Assembly: GCA_025456065.1 (NCBI GenBank)
Contig: JALOLH010000001.1
Span: 5,501-69,500, forward strand
Direction of reading: 5' to 3'
Origin: Candidatus Nanopelagicales bacterium
GTDB lineage: Bacteria; Actinomycetota; Actinomycetes; S36-B12; CAIYMF01
Length of the DNA stretch: 64,000 nucleotides
The position numbers and the translations under genes were made by a program. Below, in pieces: positions 36,072-48,027 of this stretch; the first letter of the stretch is position 1; the number at the start of each line of letters is the position of its first letter. The notes under the pieces are model-generated. The model saw only the letters and a program-made list of their open reading frames with translations, was not told the DNA's origin and made no database searches.

Positions 36072-37025
36072 TCAGCCGAGGATGCGCAGGGCCCGCGGGA
36101 CCGACCGGAACGCCACCTCGTCGACCAGTCCCATCCCGTCGCCGTCCACCTGCAGCACCGTGGGCCGCTCGGCGCGCACCGTGAAGGCCTCGACGTCGTG
36201 CAGGACGGTGAGCGCACCGGCCACCCCGCTGGCCCGGCTGCCGCGCAGCATGCGCAGGCCGTAGCGGACGGTGGAGGGCACCCCGAGCGAGTGGGGGGCG
36301 AACACGTCCAGCCCGGTGTCGAAGGAGGCCCGCGGGCACGGGTTGATCGGCATGGGCCCGAAGTAGGTCCACGGCGCGGTGTTCTGCACGATCACCAGCG
36401 CGATGCCCGGGACGGGGTCGGCGCCGGCGACCTCGAGGGTGAGCGCGGGGGAGGTCCGCTCGTGGTCGCCGACGTACTCCTGGACCGCGGTGCGGATGTA
36501 GCGCAGGGGGGAGGCGGCGCGCCCGGCCGCCCGTTGCGCCTCCATCGAAGCGATCACCTTGGCGTCCAGCCCCAGCCCGGCGTTGATGGTGAACCAGTGC
36601 GACCGGGGCTCGCTGGTGCCCGAGGCGGCGAACCGGGCGTTCCCCAGCCCGATCTCGTGGCTGGACTCGGTCCGCAGCGCCTCCAGGATCATCCCGGTCG
36701 CCTCGATCGGGTCGTTCGGGAAGCCCAGGGCGCGGGCCATGACGTTGGCCGATCCACCGGGGATGGCCGCCAGCATGGGACGCTCGGCCCGGCCGGACTC
36801 CAGCAGGCCGTTGACCACCTCGTTGACCGTGCCGTCGCCGCCGAGCGTGATGAGCAGCGCCGCGTCGCCGCGGGTGGCCGCGATCTCGCCGGCGTGCCCG
36901 CGGTGGGTCGTGGTGATCACCTCCAGCTCCAGCTCGTGGGCGAGCGCGCCGGTGATGATGTCGCGCATCTGCGGCGTCGTGCTGGTCGCGTGGGGGTTCG
37001 CGATCAGCAGGCCGCGCGGCTTCAT
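36072..37025 (-). CDS. Diacylglycerol-kinase-family lipid kinase
   Basis: ALLITLGGDGTVNEVVNGL (GGDGT motif) and AAIPGGSANVMARALG. ATG 37025 is in frame; the upstream 150 codons of the ORF are low-complexity artefact. Confidence 0.85.
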   Translation of the reverse strand: MKPRGLLIANPHATSTTPQMRDIITGALAHELELEVITTTHRGHAGEIAATRGDAALLITLGGDGTVNEVVNGLLESGRAERPMLAAIPGGSANVMARALGFPNDPIEATGMILEALRTESSHEIGLGNARFAASGTSEPRSHWFTINAGLGLDAKVIASMEAQRAAGRAASPLRYIRTAVQEYVGDHERTSPALTLEVAGADPVPGIALVIVQNTAPWTYFGPMPINPCPRASFDTGLDVFAPHSLGVPSTVRYGLRMLRGSRASGVAGALTVLHDVEAFTVRAERPTVLQVDGDGMGLVDEVAFRSVPRALRILG

Positions 37026-37058
37026 GGGCGGCAATGCTAGGGCCGTAGGCTCTGCGCC

Positions 37059-37445
37059 ATGGCCGACGCCGTGCGCCCGCTGGTCCTCATCGCGGCGGTC
37101 GAGGCCCTGCTCGGGATCGGTGCGCTCGCCGCCGAGGTCGTCGCGGTCGTCCGCGGGACCGAGGGGCTGGCCGGGGCGGGTGCCGGCCGTGCGGCCGTCG
37201 AGGTGCTGCTCTGGGTGCTCGCGATCGCCGCGCTGGTGCTGATCTGGCTGGGCCTCTACCGCCGCCGGGCTCTCGCGCTCACGCCGTTCCTGCTCGTGCA
37301 GCTGTTCGTGCTCGTCGCCGCCGTGCCCCTGCTGTTCCCCTCGGACCTCGTCGTCTTCCGGGGGCTGGCCATCGCGCTCGGCCTGCTGGCGGTCGCCGGC
37401 CTCGTGCTCGGGCTGCGACCGCGCGCCCGGTCCCTGCTGCACTGA
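37059..37445 (+). CDS. Hypothetical four-helix membrane protein
   Basis: Four hydrophobic helices. -10-like TAGGCT lies 7 nt upstream of the ATG and there is no SD, suggesting a possibly leaderless transcript. Confidence 0.5.
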   Translation: MADAVRPLVLIAAVEALLGIGALAAEVVAVVRGTEGLAGAGAGRAAVEVLLWVLAIAALVLIWLGLYRRRALALTPFLLVQLFVLVAAVPLLFPSDLVVFRGLAIALGLLAVAGLVLGLRPRARSLLH

Positions 37446-37471
37446 GCGCACGCCCGACCGGGACGTGCGGC

Positions 37472-38332
37472 TCACTCGGGTGGGGCCGTCGTGCCGTCCG
37501 CCACCAGCTGGGTGCGCATCTGCGCCAGCGACCGGGCGAGCAGCCGGGAGACGTGCATCTGCGAGACGCCGACGCGCTCGGCGATCTGGGACTGCGTCAT
37601 GTTCTCGTAGAAGCGCATCTCGACGATCCGTCGTTCCCGCGCCGGCAGCCCGGCCAGCAGCGGGTGCACCGTGGCCCGGGCCTCGACCTCCCCCAGCGCG
37701 GTGTCCTCCGCGCCGAGGGTGTCTGCCAGCGAGGCGCCCTCCTCGGCGGTCTCGGCCACGGCGGCATCGAGGGACAGGGTCGCGTACGCCTGCGCCGACT
37801 CGAGCCCCTCGAGGATGTCCTCCTCGGGCACCTGCAGGTGGGCGGCCAGCTCGGCGACGGTCGGGGAGCGACCGGTCTCCTGGCCGAGCTCGGCGGTGGC
37901 CCGGCTGATCGCGATCCGCAGCTCCTGCAGCCGCCGGGGCACGCGGATGGCCCAGCCCTTGTCGCGGAAGTGCCGCTTGATCTCGCCGACCATCGTGGGT
38001 GTCGCGAACGTCGAGAACTCGACGCCGCGCTCGGGCTCGAAGCGATCGACCGCCTTGAGCAGGCCGATCGTCGCCACCTGGGTGAGGTCCTCCAGCGACT
38101 CGCCCCGATCGCGGAAGCGCCGCGCGAGGAAGGCCGCGAGCGGCAGGTGCATCGTGACGATCTCGTCGCGCGCCGCGGCGCGCCGGGGGTCGTCCGCGTC
38201 GAGGGTGGCGAGCAGGGCGAGCAGCTCGCGCTCGCGGACGCGGTCGCGGTCGGACCAGCGGGCCTCGGTGGCTGGCGCGTCCGGCGGCTCCGGGCTGGCG
38301 GCGCCCGGGCCGGCCGCCGGGGCGCCGGTCAC
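37472..38332 (-). CDS. Group-3 sigma factor of the SigB/SigF/SigG type
   Basis: Region 2 LEDLTQVATIGLLKAVDRF and FATPTMVGEIKRHFRD; region 4 MTQSQIAERVGVSQMHVSRLL. GTG 38332 overlaps the stop of the upstream anti-sigma gene (GTGA). Confidence 0.85.
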   Translation of the reverse strand: MTGAPAAGPGAASPEPPDAPATEARWSDRDRVRERELLALLATLDADDPRRAAARDEIVTMHLPLAAFLARRFRDRGESLEDLTQVATIGLLKAVDRFEPERGVEFSTFATPTMVGEIKRHFRDKGWAIRVPRRLQELRIAISRATAELGQETGRSPTVAELAAHLQVPEEDILEGLESAQAYATLSLDAAVAETAEEGASLADTLGAEDTALGEVEARATVHPLLAGLPARERRIVEMRFYENMTQSQIAERVGVSQMHVSRLLARSLAQMRTQLVADGTTAPPE

Positions 38333-38721
38333 GGCCGGACCGCCTCGGACCGGTGCGCGGCCAGGTCGATGCGCAGGGTCCGGTCCGGGGTGACGGTCGC
38401 CACGACCCCGTCGACCAGCGCGGTCAGGACCGTCCAGGTGAAGCTGTCGCGGGGCAGGGTGCGCCCGTGCACGGTCGGACAGGCCATCGTGACCCGCAGG
38501 CCGTCGGGGGCGTCCGGGGTGAGCCGCACGTCGAGCGAGGCGCCCGCCGGTGCATCCGAGAGCAGCAGGGCCGCCGACTCGGCCACCGCGAGCTTGATGT
38601 CCTCGATGCGGTCGATGGTGAAGTCCAGCCTCGCGCACATCGCCGAGACGGCCGCCCGGATGAGCACGACGTACGCGCCCTGCGCGGGGATCCGCAGCGT
38701 CACGGCCGGGTCGGTGTCCAC
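38329..38721 (-). CDS. RsbW/UsfX-like anti-sigma factor with apparently degenerate kinase motifs
   Basis: 130-aa ORF coupled to the sigma gene. The overall pattern (LRIPAQGAYVVLIRAAVSAM...KLAVAESAALLL...GLRVTM) resembles the HATPase_c_2 fold, but I cannot find the N-box Asn/His or a DxGxG G1 box. Confidence 0.55.
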   Translation of the reverse strand: MDTDPAVTLRIPAQGAYVVLIRAAVSAMCARLDFTIDRIEDIKLAVAESAALLLSDAPAGASLDVRLTPDAPDGLRVTMACPTVHGRTLPRDSFTWTVLTALVDGVVATVTPDRTLRIDLAAHRSEAVRP

Positions 38722-38781
38722 GCGCGCACCGTAGTGGATGCGCGGGTGCCGGAGCCGGTCGTCGGGCCGGTCGCTCCCCGG

Positions 38782-39315
38782 TCAGCGCGCGGCGGCACCC
38801 GTGGCCCGGCCGGCCAGCTCGGCCAGGGCGGGACCGGTCAGCCGGTGCACGGTCCACTCGTCCATGGCCACCGCCCCCAACGAGCGGTAGAAGTCGATCG
38901 CTGGGGTGTTCCAGTCGAGCACCCACCACTCGAGGCGGCGGTAGCCGCGGGCGACGGCGACCGCCGCGAGCTCGGCCATGAGCGACTGGCCGTAGCCGCG
39001 ACCGCGGTACGCGGGGCTGACGTACAGGTCCTCCAGGTACACCCCGTGCCGGCCCAGCCACGTGGAGGTGTTCAGGAACCACAGCGCGAAGCCGGCCAGG
39101 TGATCGGGGTCGTCACCGTCGACCACGTGGCAGTAGGCGGCCGGGGCGCCGTGCGGCGTCTGCGCCCCGAACAGCAGCGACTCGACGTCAGTGGGGGTCG
39201 CGACCACCTGGTCGAGGCTGCGCTCGTACTCGGCGAGCTCGCGCACGAGGCGCAGGATCTCCGCCACGTCCTGGGGCCGGGCCGGGCGCGGCCGGCCCGG
39301 CGGCTGCTGGGTCAC
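38782..39315 (-). CDS. GNAT-family N-acetyltransferase (diamine/spermidine acetyltransferase-like)
   Basis: Acetyl-CoA-binding motif YRGRGYGQSLMAELAAVA, with the flanking LEDLYVSPAYRG and WNTPAIDFYRSLGA. Confidence 0.8.
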   Translation of the reverse strand: MTQQPPGRPRPARPQDVAEILRLVRELAEYERSLDQVVATPTDVESLLFGAQTPHGAPAAYCHVVDGDDPDHLAGFALWFLNTSTWLGRHGVYLEDLYVSPAYRGRGYGQSLMAELAAVAVARGYRRLEWWVLDWNTPAIDFYRSLGAVAMDEWTVHRLTGPALAELAGRATGAAAR

Positions 39316-39352
39316 GAGCTCCTCCTCCGTCGGTCCCGGGGGCCCGACGCGA

Positions 39353-39396
39353 CCGATCCGTCGTGGCGACGCGGGGGCGTCGCGACGACGGATCGG
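39353..39396 (-). terminator. Long GC hairpin 17 nt downstream of sodN
   Basis: 20-bp stem ccgatccgtcgtggcgacgc / gcgtcgcgacgacggatcgg with one mismatch and the loop gggg. No U-tract (I-shaped actinobacterial type). Confidence 0.6.
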
Positions 39397-39412
39397 GGCG
39401 TCGCGTGGGTGG

Positions 39413-39811
39413 TCAGGCCTTCTTCGTCTCCCAGAAGATCGTCGCGATCTCGTCGATCTTGCCCAGCAGCTGGTCGGCCACGGCGGTGTCCGTGCTGCCC
39501 TTCGTGCCGCCGGCGCCGGCGAGCTTGGTCGCCTCGTTGAACAGCTGGTTCAGCTGCGGGTACTGCTCGAAGTGCGGGGCCTTGAAGTAGTCGGTCCACA
39601 GCACCCAGAGGTGGTGCTTGACGAGCTCGGACCGCTCCTCCTTGATCGTGATCGCGCGGGCGCGGAAGGCCTCGTCCTCGGAGGCCGCGTACTTCTGCAT
39701 GATCGCCTTGACCGACTCGGCCTCGATCCGGGCCTGGGCCGGGTCGTAGACGCCGCAGGGCAGGTCGCAGTGGGCATGGACGGTGGTGCGGGGGGCGAGG
39801 AAGGACAGCAC
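39413..39811 (-). CDS. sodN: Nickel superoxide dismutase precursor
   Basis: The 14-aa propeptide MLSFLAPRTTVHA is followed by the Ni-hook HCDLPCGVY. The remainder is colinear with Streptomyces SodN. Confidence 0.95.
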   Translation of the reverse strand: MLSFLAPRTTVHAHCDLPCGVYDPAQARIEAESVKAIMQKYAASEDEAFRARAITIKEERSELVKHHLWVLWTDYFKAPHFEQYPQLNQLFNEATKLAGAGGTKGSTDTAVADQLLGKIDEIATIFWETKKA

Positions 39812-39867
39812 GGTGGGCCTCCTGGTCGTGTCGGTCGGGCGTCGGTCCGGTCGCGGGCGCCGTCCCG

Positions 39868-40245
39868 GTGCGGATCGGCGGTCGGGGGACCAGTCTCGCG
39901 CGGCCGTGCCCCATGTGCCCGCGGGGTGTGGGCCACACTACGCGAGTGCTCGGATTCCGCTACCTGGCCGTCGCCGGCGCCTCGATGGCCCCGGGGCTCC
40001 GGGACGGTGACTGGGTGCTCGCGCGCCGGGTGTCCCGGGTGCGGGCGGGCGACGTCGTGGTGCTCGAGCACCCGGGGCGACCGGGGTTCCTGGTGGTCAA
40101 GCGCGTCGACGCGGTCGGTCCCGACGGGTACTGGGTGCTCGGCGACGCGGCCGAGGCCTCGACCGACTCCCGCCACTTCGGCCCGGTGCCCGCGGTGCTC
40201 GGCCGCGTGGTGTGGCGGGTGCGCCCGTGGGGGCGCGTGCGCTGA
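39868..40245 (+). CDS. sodX: Ni-SOD maturation protease (S26 signal-peptidase family)
   Basis: Ser nucleophile motif GASMAPGL and general-base Lys in LVVKRV, plus [17 protein letters not shown]. Divergent from sodN. Start uncertain (GTG 39868 or ATG 39913). Confidence 0.8.
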   Translation: MRIGGRGTSLARPCPMCPRGVGHTTRVLGFRYLAVAGASMAPGLRDGDWVLARRVSRVRAGDVVVLEHPGRPGFLVVKRVDAVGPDGYWVLGDAAEASTDSRHFGPVPAVLGRVVWRVRPWGRVR

Positions 40246-40286
40246 GCCAGGCCGGGCGCACTGCTGGGCTCGTCGGGGCCGCGCGG

Positions 40287-41249
40287 TCAGACGGTCAGGA
40301 CGATCTTGCCGAACAGGTCGCCGCGGGCCACGTGCCGCAGCGCCTCGTCGGCCGAGGCCAGGGGCAGCTCGTGGTCGATGAGCGGGCGCAGGCCGGTCGA
40401 CTCGCACATGGCGATCAGCTGGCCGAGCTCCTCGCGGGTGCCCATCGTGGAGCCCACGACGGACAGCTGCAGGAAGAAGATCCGCGACAGGTCGGCCGGT
40501 GGCGTCGAGCCCGACGTCGCCCCGGCGATGACCACCACGCCGCCGGGGCGCAGCGAGCGCAGCGTGTGCGACCACGTCGCGGCCCCGACCGTCTCCATCA
40601 CGGCGTCGACCCGCTCCGGCAGCCGCGCCCCGGACTCGAACGCGGCGTGCGCCCCGAGCTCGACCGCCCGGGCGCGCTTGGACTCCTCGCGGGAGGTGAC
40701 CCAGACCCGCAGGCCGGCCTGCCGGGCGAGCATGATCAGGGCGGTCGAGACCCCACCGCCGGCCCCCTGGACGAGCACCGTCTGCCCGGGCTGCAGCCCC
40801 GAGCGCGTGAAGAGCATGCGGTAGGCCGTGAGCCACGCCGTCGGCAGGCAGGCGGCCTGCGCCCACGACAGCGAGGCCGGCTTGGGCAGCAGGTTCCGCC
40901 GGGGCACGACGACCCGCTCGGCGAACGTGCCCTGGTGCAGCTCGGAGAGCAGGGTCCGCTTCGGGTCGAACGTCTCGTCGGCGTACCCCCCCGGCGCGAT
41001 CACGCCGTGGACGATCACCTCGTTGCCGTCCGGGTCGAGGCCCGCGGCGTCGCAGCCCAGGATCATCGGCAGCCGGTCGGCGCTGATCCCGACGCCCTTG
41101 AGCGTCCAGAGGTCGTGGTGGTTCACGCTCGCCGCGCGCACGTCCACCACGACCCACCCCTCCGGCGGCACGGGCTCGGGGTGCTCCCCGAGGCGCAGGC
41201 AGGACAGCGGGTCCTCGGGGCTGAAGGCGACGGCGCTGGCGGCGAACAT
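40287..41249 (-). CDS. Zinc-type alcohol dehydrogenase / quinone oxidoreductase (MDR superfamily)
   Basis: [11 protein letters not shown] and the NAD(P) fold [21 protein letters not shown] 41249 is in frame; the upstream 1600 codons of the listed ORF are antisense to kgd. Confidence 0.85.
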   Translation of the reverse strand: MFAASAVAFSPEDPLSCLRLGEHPEPVPPEGWVVVDVRAASVNHHDLWTLKGVGISADRLPMILGCDAAGLDPDGNEVIVHGVIAPGGYADETFDPKRTLLSELHQGTFAERVVVPRRNLLPKPASLSWAQAACLPTAWLTAYRMLFTRSGLQPGQTVLVQGAGGGVSTALIMLARQAGLRVWVTSREESKRARAVELGAHAAFESGARLPERVDAVMETVGAATWSHTLRSLRPGGVVVIAGATSGSTPPADLSRIFFLQLSVVGSTMGTREELGQLIAMCESTGLRPLIDHELPLASADEALRHVARGDLFGKIVLTV

Positions 41250-41309
41250 GCCTGCGATCCTGCCAGAGCAGGTGGCGGGGCCGAGCACCCGCTCGCCCTT
41301 CCGTCGCCC

Positions 41310-41348
41310 GGTGCGGACCGCTCGTCCGCCGGGTGCGGACCGCTCGTC
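41310..41348. repeat. 22-bp tandem repeat (2.3 copies) in the qor/kgd divergent region
   Basis: ggtgcggaccgctcgtc at 41310-41326 and 41332-41348, followed by a partial ggtgcgg. Confidence 0.85.
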
Positions 41349-41477
41349 GCGAGGGGTGCGGCGGGGAGCGCCGGCCCGGTCCGCCAGCGCCCGGAACCGG
41401 TAGCCTTGACACACGCGCGGGAGGGCCCCGTCGGGGCCCGCGCCCCGGGCGCCGACAGACGCGAGAGGGGCCGGGAC

Positions 41478-45305
<3,828 letters not shown>

Positions 45306-45314
45306 GGGTCGCCG

Positions 45315-45485
45315 GTGTACGAGACCGACCGCGGGATCGAGGAGCTGGCGCGCCGGCGCGGCGAGGAGCAGGTGAGCCTCGCGTGGCTGGCCGGTCAGCT
45401 GGTGACCTTCGTCGACCTGCACCCCGAGCTCGAGGCGCCGATCGACCGGCTGGCCAGCTGGCTGGCCCGCGACGACGACGAGTGA
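45315..45485 (+). CDS. Unlisted 56-aa acidic small protein immediately downstream of kgd
   Basis: VYETDRGIEELARRRGEEQVSLAWLAGQLVTFVDLHPELEAPIDRLASWLARDDDE. 55 of 56 codons end in G/C while second positions are mixed. AGGGG lies 6 nt upstream of the GTG, and the ORF starts 9 nt after the kgd stop. Confidence 0.55.
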   Translation: MYETDRGIEELARRRGEEQVSLAWLAGQLVTFVDLHPELEAPIDRLASWLARDDDE

Positions 45486-45529
45486 GCGGCATCCCGGGGT
45501 CCGCCCGACTCGCGCGCACCTGAGCCGCG

Positions 45530-46699
45530 TCAGCGGCGCGCGGCCCGCACCGCTCCCTCGGCGATCCCCGCCAGCGCATCGGTGACCAGCGCGCCGAGCG
45601 TCGTGAGGTGGTAGCCGCCCTCCTGCACGACCACGGTGGGCAGGCCGAGGCTGCCGAGCAGCACCCCGGTCGCGGCCATGCCCTCGCGCGTGACCCGCAG
45701 CGGGCTCTCCGGGTCGTCGATGGCCGCGTCGACGCCGAGCGAGACGACCAGCGCATCCGGGTGGAAGGCCGCGGCGGCTCCGACCAGCTCCTCGACCGCC
45801 GCCAGCCAGCGGTCGTCGCCGGCTCGTGGGGGCAGCGGGATGTTGACGTTCGTGCCGACGCCGCCGTGGAAGCCGGTCTCGTCCGCGAAGCCCAGGAAGT
45901 GCGGGAACCAGCCCGCGCCCGGATCGACGTGCACCGAGCCGTACAGCACGTCGCCGCGGCCGTAGAAGATCGTCTGGGTGCCGTTGCCGTGATGGGCGTC
46001 GACGTCGAGGATCGCCACCCGTCGGGCGCCCCGGGCGCGCAGCGCCTCGGCGGCGATCGCGGCGTTGTTCAGGTAGCACGAGCCGCCGAACGCCTCGCGG
46101 GCGGCGTGGTGGCCGGGCGGGCGGCTCAGGGCGTACGCGACCGGGGCGCGCAGGGTGCCGGGCGCGGCCTCCTCCGGCGCGTCACCGCGGGACCCGCGGT
46201 GGTCGACCCAGGCGGCCTCGGCGACCAGGTCGACGGCGGTGAGCGCGGCCCCGGCCGCGGCCTCCGCCGCGTCCCAGGTGCCCGGCCCGATCAGCGTCAT
46301 GGTGTCGTAGCAGAACTGCCCCGCGCGGGCGTGCGGCGCGGCGGCCCGCCGCAGCGGCTGCCCGCCGAGCATCCCCACGGTCGGGAACACGTACGGGACC
46401 ACCCGGTCCTGGCCCGGATCCGTCGCGTACCCGCCCACCGACCAGGCGTCGTGGATGGTGCGCAGGTGCTCGAGCAGCTCGGGGCTGTGCACCGCCAGCA
46501 GGGCCCGTCGGTCGGGGTCGCGGGCGGTGACCTCCCGGTGACCGGCGCGGATGAGCGCGTCGCGGATCACGTCGACCCGTTCCACCACCTCGGTGCCGGG
46601 CGTGCGCACCCCCAGCCAGATCTCGGCGGAGGGCACGTGGCGGCGCGTGCGCGGGTGCCAGACGAACGGGATCGGCGCACCGGCGGCGGTCGGGCTCAC
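45530..46699 (-). CDS. Histone-deacetylase-family amidohydrolase (AcuC / acetylpolyamine amidohydrolase-like)
   Basis: RPPGHHAAREAFGGSCYLNN, Zn ligands in ILDVDAHHGNGTQ, and the C-terminal VVQEGGY. Confidence 0.85.
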   Translation of the reverse strand: MSPTAAGAPIPFVWHPRTRRHVPSAEIWLGVRTPGTEVVERVDVIRDALIRAGHREVTARDPDRRALLAVHSPELLEHLRTIHDAWSVGGYATDPGQDRVVPYVFPTVGMLGGQPLRRAAAPHARAGQFCYDTMTLIGPGTWDAAEAAAGAALTAVDLVAEAAWVDHRGSRGDAPEEAAPGTLRAPVAYALSRPPGHHAAREAFGGSCYLNNAAIAAEALRARGARRVAILDVDAHHGNGTQTIFYGRGDVLYGSVHVDPGAGWFPHFLGFADETGFHGGVGTNVNIPLPPRAGDDRWLAAVEELVGAAAAFHPDALVVSLGVDAAIDDPESPLRVTREGMAATGVLLGSLGLPTVVVQEGGYHLTTLGALVTDALAGIAEGAVRAARR

Positions 46700-46781
46700 G
46701 GGCCCATCCTGCCAAGACCCTCGGCGCCGGCAGGCGGGCTGGGTGCTCGCCCGAGGCGCGCCGGTGCGGCATGCTCGAGGC

Positions 46782-47891
46782 GTGACGACCGCCGCGGACC
46801 TCGGCCTGGCCATCGGCAGCCTCCCCGCCGGCCCCTCGAACTCCGTTCTCGACGTCGCGGGCGTCGGGCTCGGGCACGCCACCGTCGTGCGCGACGAGCC
46901 GGCGCCGCCGCACGGCCGGGGGGTGGCCCGCACCGGGGTGAGCGTGCTCGACCCCGGCGGGGACCTCTGGGGCCGGCCGGTGGCCGCCGGCGGGGCGGTG
47001 CTGAACGGCGCCGGGGAGATGACGGGCTGGCACGCGGCACGCGAGTGGGGCCTCGTCGAGACCCCCATCTACCTGACCTCGACGATGCAGCTGGGCCGCG
47101 TGTACGACGCCGCCTGCCGGATCGCGCTGGCCGAGCAGCCGGCCGTGGCCGAGGAGGTGGTGATCCCCGTCGTGGGGGAGTGCGACGACTCCTGGCTGAG
47201 CTGGGCCGGGTCGATGCAGGTCGAGCACGCCGACGTGGTGGCCGCACGCCGGGCCGCGCGCGACTCCGTGGGCACGACCGCGCGCCCGGCGACCGGGGCG
47301 GTCGGCGCGGGCACCGGCATGCTCTGCCTGGGATGGAAGGGCGGGATCGGCACCGCCTCACGGGTGGTGGGCGGGCACGTCGTCGCCGTGCTGCTGCTCA
47401 CGAACTTCGGCCAATGGGACCGGCTGACGGTGGCTGGCGTGCCGGTGGGCCGGATCCTCGGTCACGGCGGGCTGAGCGAGCAGGCGGGCGTGGCTGCCCC
47501 GGAGGTCGGCGCCGGCGGCCCCCCGCCGAGTGGCTCCTGCATCGGGATCGTGGTCACCGACGCCCCCGTGGACGGCGCGGGGTGCGCTCGGCTGGCGCGG
47601 CGGGTCGGCCTCGGCCTGGCCCGCACCGGGTCCACCGCCCACCACGGGTCCGGCGAGCTCTTCCTGGGTGTCTCGGTCGGCATGCGGGCGGCGCGCGGCA
47701 CCCAGCCCGCCGGGCCCGCGCTCGGCGGCCGGGACCTCGACCCCCTCTTCGAGGCGGTCGTCGACGCCACCGAGGAGTCGGTGCTCGACGCCCTGCTGCA
47801 CGCCACCGACACGGTCGGGCAGCGGGGCCGGACCGCCCTGGCGCTGCCGCACGACGCCCTGCGCGAGGCGCTCGCCGCCCCCCGGGCCTGA
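46782..47891 (+). CDS. P1/S58-family peptidase (DmpA-like L-aminopeptidase/D-esterase)
   Basis: VAGVGLGHAT, TGVSVL, NGAGEMTG and the autoprocessing region GSCIGIVVTDAP. GTG 46782 is in frame. Confidence 0.75.
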   Translation: MTTAADLGLAIGSLPAGPSNSVLDVAGVGLGHATVVRDEPAPPHGRGVARTGVSVLDPGGDLWGRPVAAGGAVLNGAGEMTGWHAAREWGLVETPIYLTSTMQLGRVYDAACRIALAEQPAVAEEVVIPVVGECDDSWLSWAGSMQVEHADVVAARRAARDSVGTTARPATGAVGAGTGMLCLGWKGGIGTASRVVGGHVVAVLLLTNFGQWDRLTVAGVPVGRILGHGGLSEQAGVAAPEVGAGGPPPSGSCIGIVVTDAPVDGAGCARLARRVGLGLARTGSTAHHGSGELFLGVSVGMRAARGTQPAGPALGGRDLDPLFEAVVDATEESVLDALLHATDTVGQRGRTALALPHDALREALAAPRA

Positions 47892-48027
47892 GACCCAGCA
47901 GCGGGCGATCCGGCCCGGCGCCGCCACCGCCCGCGTCCACGGCCGGGCGGGCGCACCGGCAGGAGGACCCGGGGCGATCCGGCCCGGGGGAGCAGGCATC
48001 CAGCCGTCCGTGCGCGACGATAGGGCG

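Noticed and set aside
39374-39404. Shared GGGGCGTCGC motif between the sodN terminator region and the 26-bp array at 14555-14632, as evidence of a dispersed repeat family
   Set aside because: Only about 10 nt are shared, in a GC-rich context. That is too short to distinguish from chance without a genome-wide count.
47892-48027. SAM or other riboswitch upstream of the C-S lyase gene
   Set aside because: I could not match the sequence to the SAM-I, SAM-IV, SAM/SAH or other riboswitch cores I know. It is kept only as an unexplained direct repeat.
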